From: Epiperipatus broadwayi
Taxonomy: Eukaryota; Animalia; Onychophora
Length of the DNA: 64,000 bases
Direction of reading: 5' to 3'
Assembly: GCA_028023455.1 (NCBI GenBank)
Contig: JAQFVV010000004.1
Coordinates: forward strand, 23,746,001-23,810,000
Part shown: in pieces, positions 12,557 through 24,391 of the stretch
Numbering within the stretch: the stretch's first letter is position 1
Layout of the letters: each line of letters opens with the position of its first letter
Notes under the pieces: model-generated
Seen by the model: only the letters and a program-made list of their open reading frames with translations
Told to the model about the DNA's origin: nothing
The model's database searches: none
Program-made: the position numbers and the translations under genes

Positions 12557-15500
12557 TCACAAGTTATACTGTCTCTAACTACATGATTTCAATTATTAGC
12601 AATACAAAAAAAAATGTTTAGGAACAAACAAAAATATAAGTAAACAAACAAAAAAATAAAATAAAATTTGCAAATTTTATGATAATCCGGCAGTTATTTT
12701 AACTTTTCTGCACACCACATGCAATTATGTAAAAAAAATTGTAAACTCATTTTACAATATGTCAATAGTAGTTTTTCTGTCTCAGAGCTTCATACATAAT
12801 TGTGTTTATTAATAAAATTTCTTTGGTTCATTATTGAAAGTATATACATTTTATTCTTCCCTTATTATTATTTCTGAATTTGACATGCAGTATTTTGCAT
12901 AATAAAATATTTTCTGAGTGTAATGCTAAAAGTTTTATAAAATTTTAGAATATACTAAAAGTTGATACTGATTTAAAAACATCAAAACAATTAGAGACAT
13001 CCTAATTTCTTATAACAAGATATTATTTTTATATAAGATAAAAAAGTTATTGAAAGAAAGAATATCAATCAGAACATATTTAAAAGCTATGAAAGTCAGA
13101 TATTTCACTATTTACTTCACAATACTTTAAAAATAAAAATACAGTAGGAGTTTAGTTTTCCTTCTCTTATTCTTAATGCTTACACAGAGGCTAAACTCTC
13201 CATACAGTAGCACCACTCATTGCAAGCCAGAGTAATCAATGAATGCAAGAAGGTTTTTGCATAGAATCCCTATTTAGGGCCTACTCATCCAACATTCCCG
13301 AACTAAACTATACATTTAAAAAAAATCTCAGTAGCTGCTTTCCAATCATTTTATGCTAATTTGCTTTTAATAATATAGCTTCCATAAACAAAAAAATCCA
13401 TCATTCAATGGTAAAGAAAATTTTAATCAGCTAAAGAGGAAGGGTCAGTTCACTTTTCCCTTACTACAATGTTAGTGCAATAATAATTTACATTAGTAGT
13501 GACATCCAAAAAATGAGCTATTTTGGATAGGGAGTGATCTCTTTCAAATCCAGCTTAGAGAAAGGGCCAGCTAATCAGAAACTATAACTGGGTTTTCTCC
13601 ATCCAAGAGAGTATATTATAGCTTGGTAAATCTAAAGAAAAATGATAAAGTGAACAAAGAAATAAAAAAGAATAAAAATTCAAGTAATGAGAAATTTGAA
13701 ATAGAGGAAAAGTATCTCCTAAACTCTGTAAAGATAATACATAATGAAACAGAAAGGCATTAATAAAAGTGCAAGACAAAGTGCATAACTTTCCACCACA
13801 ACTGGAGATACTCCAAAATGAAGGAGATAAGTAAAAAAAAAAAAGAACAAGACCCTGACATCCAAAATACAGATATAATGAGAGGTGGAGTGTAAGTAAT
13901 ATGGAAATTAAAAAAATATATAAATGATACACAATCTGAATATGAGATCATAAAAACAAATATGGAGGCGAATGGACATAATTATGCATCCAGTATTGTG
14001 AGCCAATTTCTAAAAATCTTTTCTGGTCATACTGGCATAATGTATGATCAAAGTAAGTTTTTGCATATGGATTGTAAAGAATAAAATTGACTTTTTAAAA
14101 AATTTTGTCATAAAAGAAAGTTCTTGTTGTCTTGCAAGAACACTGGATACAAATTAAGAAAGTACATTGACCGTATTTTAATTCTATAATCAAATTATAA
14201 TTTTATATACTGTATAAAAAATAAATTTTATACTGTAAATTTTTAGCATGATAGTATCCATATTTTCCTTGGATGATATAGCTTTAATGTACTCATTATC
14301 TTATGACACCATCAATCTTACAAAATGGCTGCCATTTCTAAAAAAAGATTTCAATTTTTTTAAAAAAAAATTATTGTAACGAATAATCAATTGTAATCAA
14401 AACAGTGGTATAAATTGATGTGATTGCCTTAGCAAATCCTCACATAAAGGTCTGTCATACTCAGTAGATAATGGTATATTAAATTAACATAACTGTTAAG
14501 TAATTTTTTTGTAAAATTATTGATAATATGTGATAGAAATCATTATTAAAGTTCTTGCAACTCTAATGAGAATTAATTAAAATGCTAAACTTCATGTATT
14601 TAATTTTTTAATTTGAAAACAAACAAACAAAAATATTTTGAATAATAAGTATAAAATAATGAAAATATAAAATCTATAATAGGAAGTTGATATAACAACC
14701 AATGTAGCCAAAATTATTAATTGCTATACTGCAGAGCCACATTTTACTTTCTAATTCACATTGATTAATTAAGTTTACATTGATATGATGATAACAAGAT
14801 TCATCACTGCCATTATATTTTAATTAAAAATATAAATTTACATTCCCTAAGATATGTATAAATACTTGGATCACATGGTTCAATTGTATAGAAAAAGCTT
14901 AGAGAGGTGATAGATGAGAAATTTTTAAGCAATTGAATTTTTCAAATAACTCCTATATTGCTAATGATGTTAGAGATCCTATAGGGATAGATAAATAAAT
15001 ATTTAATTATTTTTGCATATGGAAAGGGGGTAAAAGTAATAATAGAACCAATTCCTATTAGTCAGGTGAATATTAATGCAATAATATAAAAGAATATATA
15101 CTATTACAGATACAATCATACAACCTATGTTTCACTTTTTACAAGGACAAAAGATAGTTTTTGTGATCTTCCACAAATAATTTCTTGTCATTACAATTAT
15201 ATAGCAATGCCATTTTTGTTGGTTCTCACCCTTATCTGGGTAGTGCAAATGATTAAGTAACCGGTGATGTTTTTAGAGACACTTAAAGTTTAAAAGTTGA
15301 TTTTGTGTGTGGATATGATGTTGATAAAAAATTTATTTATGTAGGCAAACTGTTTAGAATTTCACCATCCTCTTTTATTGTTTTGTGGCAGTATAGTCAG
15401 ACATGAATAAGATTTTTAGTATAAGAAAAATATATGACCAGTATGTAGAACATGTAGTAAATGCGTATAGTGACAGTGTTTGTTGCTTTACTAATTTATT

Positions 15501-16145
15501 CATCTTTTTCAGTTCTGGTGCAATGATTGCTTTTATATAATTTCTTAAAATTTGTTGAAAAGTTTTACTGCTAAGTGGTTTATAATTTTAAAAAATTAGT
15601 TAGAATTTTTTAGAATACGTTTATGACATATACTTAAAAAATAAATCATTTTTACTTAAAAGTGACTGCATATAATAATTTAACCTTGAAAATGATCAAA
15701 ACTGAATTAAAGCAATGTGAAAACAAACATTATATAATTTAAAATATGAAATTAGACAGGCATGTATGAATATGTCAGCTGAAATTCATATATAATGTAC
15801 TCATATATAATTTAAAAAGTGAATTAGAGAGATGCACAGTTTCTTAATACTTTCAGTAATTTAGTTATAAACTGCTCTGTACAATAAAAATTATATTATT
15901 ATTTTAAATCTAAATATATTATGATAAATTTTTGTATATTATCATTTTTTTTATAAAATAAATAATTGGATGATTATTTGTCTAGAGGTTATGTCTCATC
16001 AAAACACTAAAATTGACAAGTGGAGTTTCAATCAGGGAGCCTTTAGGTCTTAAGTCTGTCATGTTACCATTGAGCCAAACTGCACAAGGTATCATTTCTA
16101 TTAATCCAAACTAATTAACAGTCATAAAAGTGAAATTGTGAGAAA

Positions 16146-16743
16146 AAAAAGTTTCTAATAAAGTAATCGAATAGCTGACCACTTCCGATAGTTGAACCAT
16201 GATCTATTGACTTTAAGCTCTCTGGTCCACACTAAAGCTGTCATTCCAAATACTTATAAGCAGAAATAAATCAAAAATGCACAAACATTAATTTTATTAA
16301 TATTTACATATTGATGAAGCTTTGGTAATATCTGAGTACAGTTTGACATTAGGTTCACTTGTCTTATAAGATAGAGAAGCAAATGTAAATTGATTGATTG
16401 TACCATTGTAAGTTGATATCTGACAGAAGAGGGCAGTGCACTGAAAAAAGTTTCTAATAAAGTAATCGAATAGCTGACCACTTCCGATAGTTGAACCATG
16501 ATCTATTGACTTTAAGCTCTCTGGTCCACACTAAAGCTGTCATTCCAAATACTTATAAGCAGAAATAAATCAAAAATGCACAAACATTAATTTTATTAAT
16601 ATTTACATATTGATGAAGCTTTGGTAATATCTGAGTACAGTTTGACATTAGGTTCACTTGTCTTATAAGATAGAGAAGCAAATGTAAATTGATTGATTTT
16701 ACCATTGTAAGTTGATATCTGACAGAAGAGGGCAGTGCACTGA
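16146..16743. repeat. Near-perfect 299-bp tandem duplication
   Basis: Period 299 (GTTTCTAATAAAG at 16151 and 16450). One substitution seen (TTGTACC vs TTTTACC). Confidence 0.95.
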
Positions 16744-17761
16744 AGAAATTTATCTGGGCATAATTGCTGAGATATTCTTGACTTCGTTTAAGGAGAAGCC
16801 AAAAATACATCACATCACATCACATCACATCAGCAGAGAAAGTTTATCAATTTTAGTGATTATAATAATGTTTGTACATTTTGTGCTATTCAGCATTATG
16901 TTTAAAAATATTTATTATTCATATTTGGATTTTAATGAACTAAATACCAAATTGCAAATTACTAAAAATATAATTACCATTATCATATTATTAAATCGTT
17001 TAAAACTGTAAATTGTAACTTATTTTCCAAAAGCTTTAAATATTTTTCAAATTAAAAAAAAAAAAAAGATTGATGACTAAAATCTCATATAACATTCAAA
17101 ATATTGTACTAATTAATGATTTTTTAAAAAAGTTTATTCAGTTTAGAAAACTTATACACACATAAAAAGTTAACTTGATATTTCAATGGGCGAATTTAGA
17201 TTTTGAAATGTAGTTGGTAAATAAATTTTCGTCTCAGTTCTTTTGAAAGCAAATTGTTGACTTAAAGATCTACTTGGAAATAAAATGAATAAAATCGCTC
17301 AACTGAATTAATAAATAGAAATTTTAAAAATAAAATACATACTGAGAACTTGAAAATGCTAGCCCAGAGAAAAATATTGTTTAAAAAAGTTAGCAATGCA
17401 GTTTTCATTATTTTCTCTTCCACATCCTAATCATTATCTAATGAATGAAGTTTTATTAAATCAAATTTGAGAGGTAGATTAATAGTGCTGCTTGTAATCT
17501 GATAAAAAAATTAACAGGACTAAAAATCTCATTACAGATCACTTAATTGCATTTTCAGATATTGCAATGCAAAATCTGTTTTTAAATTAGTGGTAGTATT
17601 GTTAACATTAGTATATTTTGATATACATTACTAAAATATTTTTTCTATTAATATTACATTATTCAATAAATATCTGAATTTTAATTTATTTCTTATCAGT
17701 TGATATTGGTGCATTTTTAGATGCAATTTTTTCTTTGCTTTTTAATTAACCTATGATATCA

Positions 17762-17863
17762 TGTTTTTTTTTTTTTTATATGTCCAAGGCGTTGACCAGG
17801 AAGCGAACCCGGGTCAGCTGCTTGGAAGGCGGCTGTGCTAACCAGTAGGCTATCAACCTTTGA
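17762..17863 (-). pseudogene. tRNA-Gly(TCC) retropseudogene / tRNA-only SINE with poly(A) and TSD
   Basis: GGTTGATAGCCTACTGGTTAGCACAGCCGCCTTCCAAGCAGCTGACCCGGGTTCGCTTCCTGGTCAACGC aligns to tRNA-Gly-TCC with acceptor-stem mismatches. It has an A-tail and an 11-bp TSD CTATGATATCA at 17751-17761 and 17864-17874. Confidence 0.85.
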
Positions 17864-19387
17864 CTATGATATCACGTTATTAATAATTATATACATAGCA
17901 TACAAATTTCAAAAAGATTGGTCACCCTAACAACATACCATGCATTTACAAAAATAAAACTTTAATATATTATTTGAATAAAATTGTTTGAATTTCAGTC
18001 ATTAAACATAACCATTTTAGTTAAGTACAAAAATAAATTAAATAGGGAACTATTAAGAATCCATACTAAACACAACATGAGTCATATTTGATTACTATAT
18101 TTACAACAACTTTTAGCAATGTTTTTTCTTTTAAAAAAAAAGCAAAACAACATTTACTAAATGATAAAGTGTTGAAGTTAATCAATATACTAAAGAACAA
18201 TAATAACTTGAGAAACTTCACTTTTTATTTAATCAATATCCAATAATAGACTTTAAAAAATCAATTGATTACATTCAGTATTTATTTATGAACGGTCTGG
18301 TAATGTAACCATATATAGATTTTTTTATTCATTTAATGGCATTAAATACTTACATAGCACTTTAACTACATTTTCCAGACACAATACATTCAATAATTTT
18401 TTTCTTTTTTGAATTTTTCTGTGTGTGTTGTTAAAAATATTTCTAATAAAATTTAAAGAAATAAATGTGCTGCAATTTGGTAAATAATTAAGTTTATTTT
18501 GATGCTAATGAATAAAAAAATATTTTTTTAAATTTTTTTTTTCAATACTGTTAAAATTCAATTATTATTCAACTTTAAATAATATGATAAAGATATAAAT
18601 CTATAGATATATTTCTTCAATGATGTGAAAAGGATACTTTTAAAATTATTACCATAATTTTTCTAATAATATATAAATTTCTTCTATAATGTTGCAAACT
18701 ACAATGAATGTAATTGATTTCAGAAACTTTATTATAGCATTCGTTCACTTAAGGATAATCCATTCTAAACCCACAGCTTAAATGCAAAATTTTCAAGCAA
18801 CAGAACCATTTAAATGGAAAAAATATAATACAAAATAAAATATATAAATGAATATATGTATATAATTAATGCAGCCTTTAATATACTATACTATAAATAT
18901 AAAGTCAAAGTTCATCTTTATAAAAAAAAAAAAATTGCTTTTTGATTTCATCATTTCAAACGTAGTGTATTCAGATGTTTGATAATTTTTCCACTTTCTT
19001 ATTAAAAATTTCTTTCTTTAACATTATGTATTTTAATTAACTGAATAATTAAAAAAAGAAATGCAACACTATTTTATTGCTAATGGTGCAAATAAATAAA
19101 GTGGAAGTACTCTGAGACATCTTGAATAACATTATGTAATGTCAGCCAATGGCACTCATTGTAACATTCATTCATTAAAAACAATGAAGGCAGAAACTTT
19201 CTTTATACTATAACACTCTTACAAAATTTTATTTTATAAAACTCAATCTGTTTTTTGGTAAAAACTTTATTCCTGTATAGTATATATATATGTTTTCTGC
19301 TCTTTTAAAATCCATGATGAATTTATGAATTATTTCTAATCTTATTATCCATAAAGTTATCTTAAAAACCAATATCATCAAATAGAA

Positions 19388-20860
19388 CAGGCATTAGTAA
19401 CCCATGACCTGTGGGTCACTGAGTGACCATTTGATAATTTTAAGTGACCCACATGAGTTCTGCAAATAAAGTATAATACATAAAAATAAATTATAAAATG
19501 TAAACATGAAACAAACATTTGAGAAAATATAAATAATAAGATTAACATTTTGGTTCGATAATAAAGTTGCAGTAAAGAACATAGGTGGAATACGGCAACA
19601 GTATCCTAATGAATCTTATCATTATTTGATGAGCGTGTCATTCTCTCAGTTGTAGCACTTGTTCAGTTGTGCGAGAATAGTTATTTAAGTGAAATAATTA
19701 CCTCAGTGAAATAATTATTATTCAAATAAATTATTACCATGGACAAACAAAAAGCAAAAAAAAAAAAAAGATTATTTCAAGATATGTGGACTAAAAAGTA
19801 TGGATGCATTGAAAATGTTGACAAATTGATATGTTCTTTATGTACAAATATAATTACCACCAGAACTTACAATATTGAGTTACACTTTTTTTTTTTTCAA
19901 AACATAAAGATGTGAGTGAAATGCCAAATAAAGAAAAATCTGAATGCTTTGCTAAATGTGTATTAAATTTTGGAAAACAAAATAAATTGTTAGAGTTTTA
20001 TTATCAGCCACAATCAAATTACATCTGCCAGCATTGTAGCAGTTCTTAGCATTGGTCCACATGGAAAACCATTTATAGATGGCAAATTTTTGAAAAAACA
20101 CATTTATAAATTGTTCCAGACACTTATTTAATGACTTCACAAACAAACAATAAATAATTGAGAAAATTAAAGAAATGCCATTGTCGGTCAAAACAGTTCA
20201 GCATTGCATTGAAGATATGGCCAACGAACAGATCAAAAATGATTTGTTATCCAGTGATGTAATTAGCATTGCACTCTATGAAAGTAACAATTTAAATAGT
20301 ATGAGTAGTTTAGCAATTATTATTAAATTTGCATCAATAAATAGTCCAAACATCAATGAAGAGCTATGCGTTCTTCCTTCAATGAATGACATGACCAAAG
20401 GCACTAACATTTTCTGTCAAGTACAAGAGTTACAAAATTGATTTAAAAAGTAAATTGTTTTTCATAACAACTGATGTTGCTCCAGCTATGAATGTTGGAT
20501 TTGTGAAACTAATGGAAAATAAACTTGGCTGCTCACTTTTACTGTTCCATTATATCATACATGAAAAAAAAAAAAATTTGTAAAAGCAGCTATGCAACAA
20601 CTTAAGGATGTAATGGAAAAGATTGTTAAAATTGTAAACATGACAGCAGTACAATTAACATACAGGAAATTGAATCAAAATATGGAGATTTGCTTTTACA
20701 TTCTGAAATACAATGGATAAGTCAAGACAAAGTTCTTAATAGAGTTTGGAGTGTTTTGATGATATACAAATATTTCTTTACAAATTCAGAGAAAATGATC
20801 TCAAACTCAATGACAAACACTGGTTTTTAAGATTTTTGTTCTCAACAGAGATAATTAATT
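19388..20860 (+). mobile_element. Decayed hAT DNA transposon (SPIN/Charlie/GTF2IRD2-like transposase), right end not found
   Basis: CAGGCATTAGTAACCCATGACCTGTGGGTCAC resembles a CpG-decayed hAT left end. Transposase fragments: RLFQDMWTKKYG..LICSLC, HGKPFIDG, LSVKTVQHCIEDMA, SIALYES, EELCVLPSMNDMTKGTNIF, TTDVAPAM, FHYIIHE. Confidence 0.8.
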
Positions 20861-20970
20861 TATCCATTATATAATAAAGTGTTTTTCTCTTCACCAATAA
20901 AAATTGTAATTATACATATGTGATTTTTTCGCATGCATTAGTGAATCTGTAATTATACTATAATGTTTAA

Positions 20971-21020
20971 TATGCCCGCTTAGCGCTTTCGAGATTTAGT
21001 ACTCTAATCTCATAAGCATA
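20971..21020 (-). ncRNA. Hammerhead-like motif (degenerate core)
   Basis: TATGC-TTATGA-GATTAGAGTACTAAATCTC-GAAAGCGCTA-AGCGG-GCATA: GAAA core, palindromic AGCGCT stem III, GAGATT/AATCTC stem and TATGC/GCATA closing arms. CUGAUGA appears as CTTATGA. Confidence 0.4.
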
Positions 21021-21039
21021 GCTTGACAAATGTATGATT

Positions 21040-21583
21040 TCAACATACAACTCCAAGGAAATAAACACAATTTTGAAAATGTATGAAGAATGGAAAGATC
21101 AAAATTAACCCTCAACTGCTCAATAAAAAAAGTAATAATCCAATAGATATTAATAACAAAAGTAGCAATATGTCAACTATTCCCAAGTCAGCTCCAAGAT
21201 ATAGAAAAACCACCCCTCATGACATCAGAGAACTGGACCTCAATATCCAAGAAGGTATAGTGCCCCCTTCTATAGTTTGGAACACACATGCTCTTGTGAT
21301 AACAAATAAAAGGTTCAACAACTCGATAACAAAAGGATTTCTTGCAACATTGACCCAAACATAAACATTTCTCTATATAAATTTCCTAGGCAATTACTAT
21401 TTGAAACAATATCCTTGCAAGGACTGTGGGACACCATTGCACATATTGCTGACCATCCAAATCCCAGGTATTTGATAATCAAGTTCTTTCAGACCACACA
21501 GAAAGACCAATTTCAAACACAAATAAAAACTGAAAACTTTGCCTTAATTACAGTGGATCCAAATTGCTACAACTATATCATAG
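21040..21583 (+). mobile_element. Non-LTR retrotransposon relic, ORF1-like 5' part (interrupted by Gypsy)
   Basis: The frame open 21310-21583 (...ETISLQGLWDTIAHIADHPNPRYLIIKFF...CYNYIIG) joins in frame to 35479-35765 once the Gypsy element is removed. Confidence 0.55.
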
Positions 21584-24352
21584 TGTGAAACAGGAAGATT
21601 GCTCTGCAAGTCTTCGTTTCACCTTTCTCTTACATTTCACCTACCCTTATACCTAAATTCGAATCCCAAATCATTCGCAGTGTGTCTGTATGGCCATTTA
21701 TATACTAAAATCCCACCTAAAATAAACCACGTAGGCATTATTACTCGTGGAGTCCAATTTTCAAGCCTTTATTTTTATTGATATATAAATGTCGAGTATG
21801 TGCATGTTTACATATTCATTTAAAAGGTTATATAGGTAAAACTACACACAGACTACGATGATAACTGTTAAATATTAATATCAATCATTGGAATTATATT
21901 ATTGGATTGTGGTTGTTGAGTTCATTTATTTTAAAAATATTGTGTTGCAATATTTATTTTCTATTGTAGGTAAAATAATAATTATTAAAAGTAGTTTATA
22001 AACGAATTCATGCAATTGCAATCTAAATGTGAAATAATTTAATATTTTTCTAAAATTGTAGAGTTCCCGCCATTGAAGATTATATAAATATAAAATAAGG
22101 CTAGATTGAGAATATAATAGATTTAAAGTAAAACATTTTGGATTATAAATTCACACTTCGTATGTCTACTTAGGAATTTCCAATTAGCAAAAGTCTTCAA
22201 CAGAATGAAATAAATGTTTTAATCTTCTTTCAATCTGAGCATTTACTGGAATTTATAATTGTAAACTAAAAAAAAAACCTTAAAATGGATTCCTTCTGAT
22301 GTTCAGATAAGAAATAACTAATTGATAAGAATGCAAAAGGTTAAAGGTTTGTCATGCCCCAAGGCAGGTTCTTTTATAAGATAAACAGTATATATTGAAT
22401 GTTTTTCTTTTGTTTTGAAGAGAGGGAGGAAACAAAAGCTGATTCGGATTCTGATGCTGTTTTTCTGCTGTTTGATTTTGCGTTTTGATTTTATTTTCTG
22501 AGGTTATAATTTTTTTTTATTCTGAGAACTCGGACGGTCTGAACTATTATTTTCGGAATGCTGATCCTGATGTTTTGCTGACCGACCATCCGTGACTTAA
22601 ATAATCCGCTTTCAAGAAAATGTACAAAATGCTGACCTATCATAGAACCGCCAATATGACTGAGTAGAGTCGGCACCGTGGCTATTTTCCTTTCGGAAAT
22701 AGCTGGCCGCTGCCAATGTACCATCTGACGCATCACCAATATGCCTTAAGGAACCGCCTATGCTGCTGCAAACAGAGACTGAATTAACATGCTGCTAAAT
22801 CTGATCCACTCCTGAAATGTGCTCCAGCTTCAACCACCCAAGCAACTGAAAGGTAATAAAATTAACCCAAGAGCTCTTGTGATCTAAAACCCGCTATAGC
22901 AAAACAAACTCCTTTTTTTTTCTCGCCACACTTATTATCATGTATGTTTTAAAATGTATATTTAAATTTATTGCTCGATCTAAACCTTGGGTTAATATCA
23001 AATTTAAATTGTTTTATTTGCGTATTTTATGGGCTTGCATAGCATCGACCGAGCGAAGCAAATCTTAATTAATGATACTCCCCATTCCTTTACAATCATG
23101 AGTCCCTCCCTTAAATGAGATTTAGTAAGCCGCTTGTTCAATGACTATATTATTTTCTTTATAATACCTAGATTTGATTCATAATCTTCCAGGATGTATG
23201 CAAGGTATGGGAATAACTATTGGCAGATGTGGGAGTGCGTGGGTTGATTACATTTTACTTAAATTCTCACGCTCACACCGTCCTTTTAATGTTAAACCCC
23301 ATTATTTGTTTTAAGTATTTCTATTGTCATTCTGAGTTTGGGAGAGTGTAGACGCTTTTCATCAAGGCAGTGAATTGCTTATGTGCCCAATCTTTCATTA
23401 TGTCCCCCTTTTTTTTAATCGATTATATATATATTTTAGTGTTGCTGGCAAGGGTATTCGATGTTGAGATCACTTTGTTCTTTAAAAGGGCTTTAAACAG
23501 CCAAGTCCATTTCCCCTTTACTTCTTCCTGCGGTTTCCAGTCAATGTGTGTACCAGAGCGTCACACCTGGGGATGCTGATGCAGTTCTTCGCAGCCATAT
23601 GCTAGCATACTCCGATCTTTAGGGCTACGGCCGAGACCAATGTGGGGTGCAACATATGCATCTGATTTTATGATTTATTTCTTTATTGTCATCACAAAGT
23701 TCCTGTAGTTTAAATGGACTACCACCCTCCATCGTTTCCTAAACCTTGCAAATACCACTGAATCCCTTTTTAAGTACTTTAAGATAATATCATACTCACA
23801 CATATATTTCCGCACTAAGCAAGTCGCTGCTGCCAAGCTCATTGGAGCCGCTCTGCATTTATTCTGAAGTCAGCCTTTATCGTAAAACTATTTAATATCT
23901 TTTATTATAAATAATTCCAGTACTCTTATTCTTGGGCTTCGCATGTATTCAAGGTTTAGTAAGGCACAGTCGTAAGCGATAATTGACCCAGGTTATAAAT
24001 TAATGAGTAAAATGATTTAATCAATTCTTTACGTTAGTGTTTATTTTCTGATTCATCTCATTGTCTCGTACTGTCTGGGTTATACACGTATCTATTAAGA
24101 CTTTCCAAACGCTAGCTGTTAATTTATTTATAAATCTCACGTAGTCTCTTCTCTCTCTCTGACCACTGCAGCCTGAAAAGATGTTGCTATTGTGATGGCG
24201 GGTTCGGGCTCCATCGTATTTGGTTGCGCAGTCGATCTGCTATATTCGAATCCGGTATGACAGGCCCTGAACCCACTTGTGGTGCTGCTTTTCGAGTGTG
24301 GTGGAGAAACTGTGCAACTTGTTTATGAAATGTGCGAATTCTGACCGTTACA
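21584..24352 (+). repeat. 5' LTR (2769 bp)
   Basis: TGTGAAACAGG...GACCGTTACA, ~98.5% identical to 32650-35475. Confidence 0.95.
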
Positions 24353-24373
24353 TAGTAAATTTTTTTTTGAGAC

Positions 24374-24391
24374 TGGCGCCCAACGTGGGGC
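24374..24391 (+). promoter_or_regulatory. Primer binding site, tRNA-Lys(CTT)
   Basis: TGGCGCCCAACGTGGGGC is the 18-nt complement of the tRNA-Lys(CTT) 3' end. Confidence 0.93.

Noticed and set aside
22491-22739. 82-aa minus-strand ORF present in both LTRs
   Set aside because: Conservation is expected at ~98.5% LTR identity and there is no independent coding evidence.
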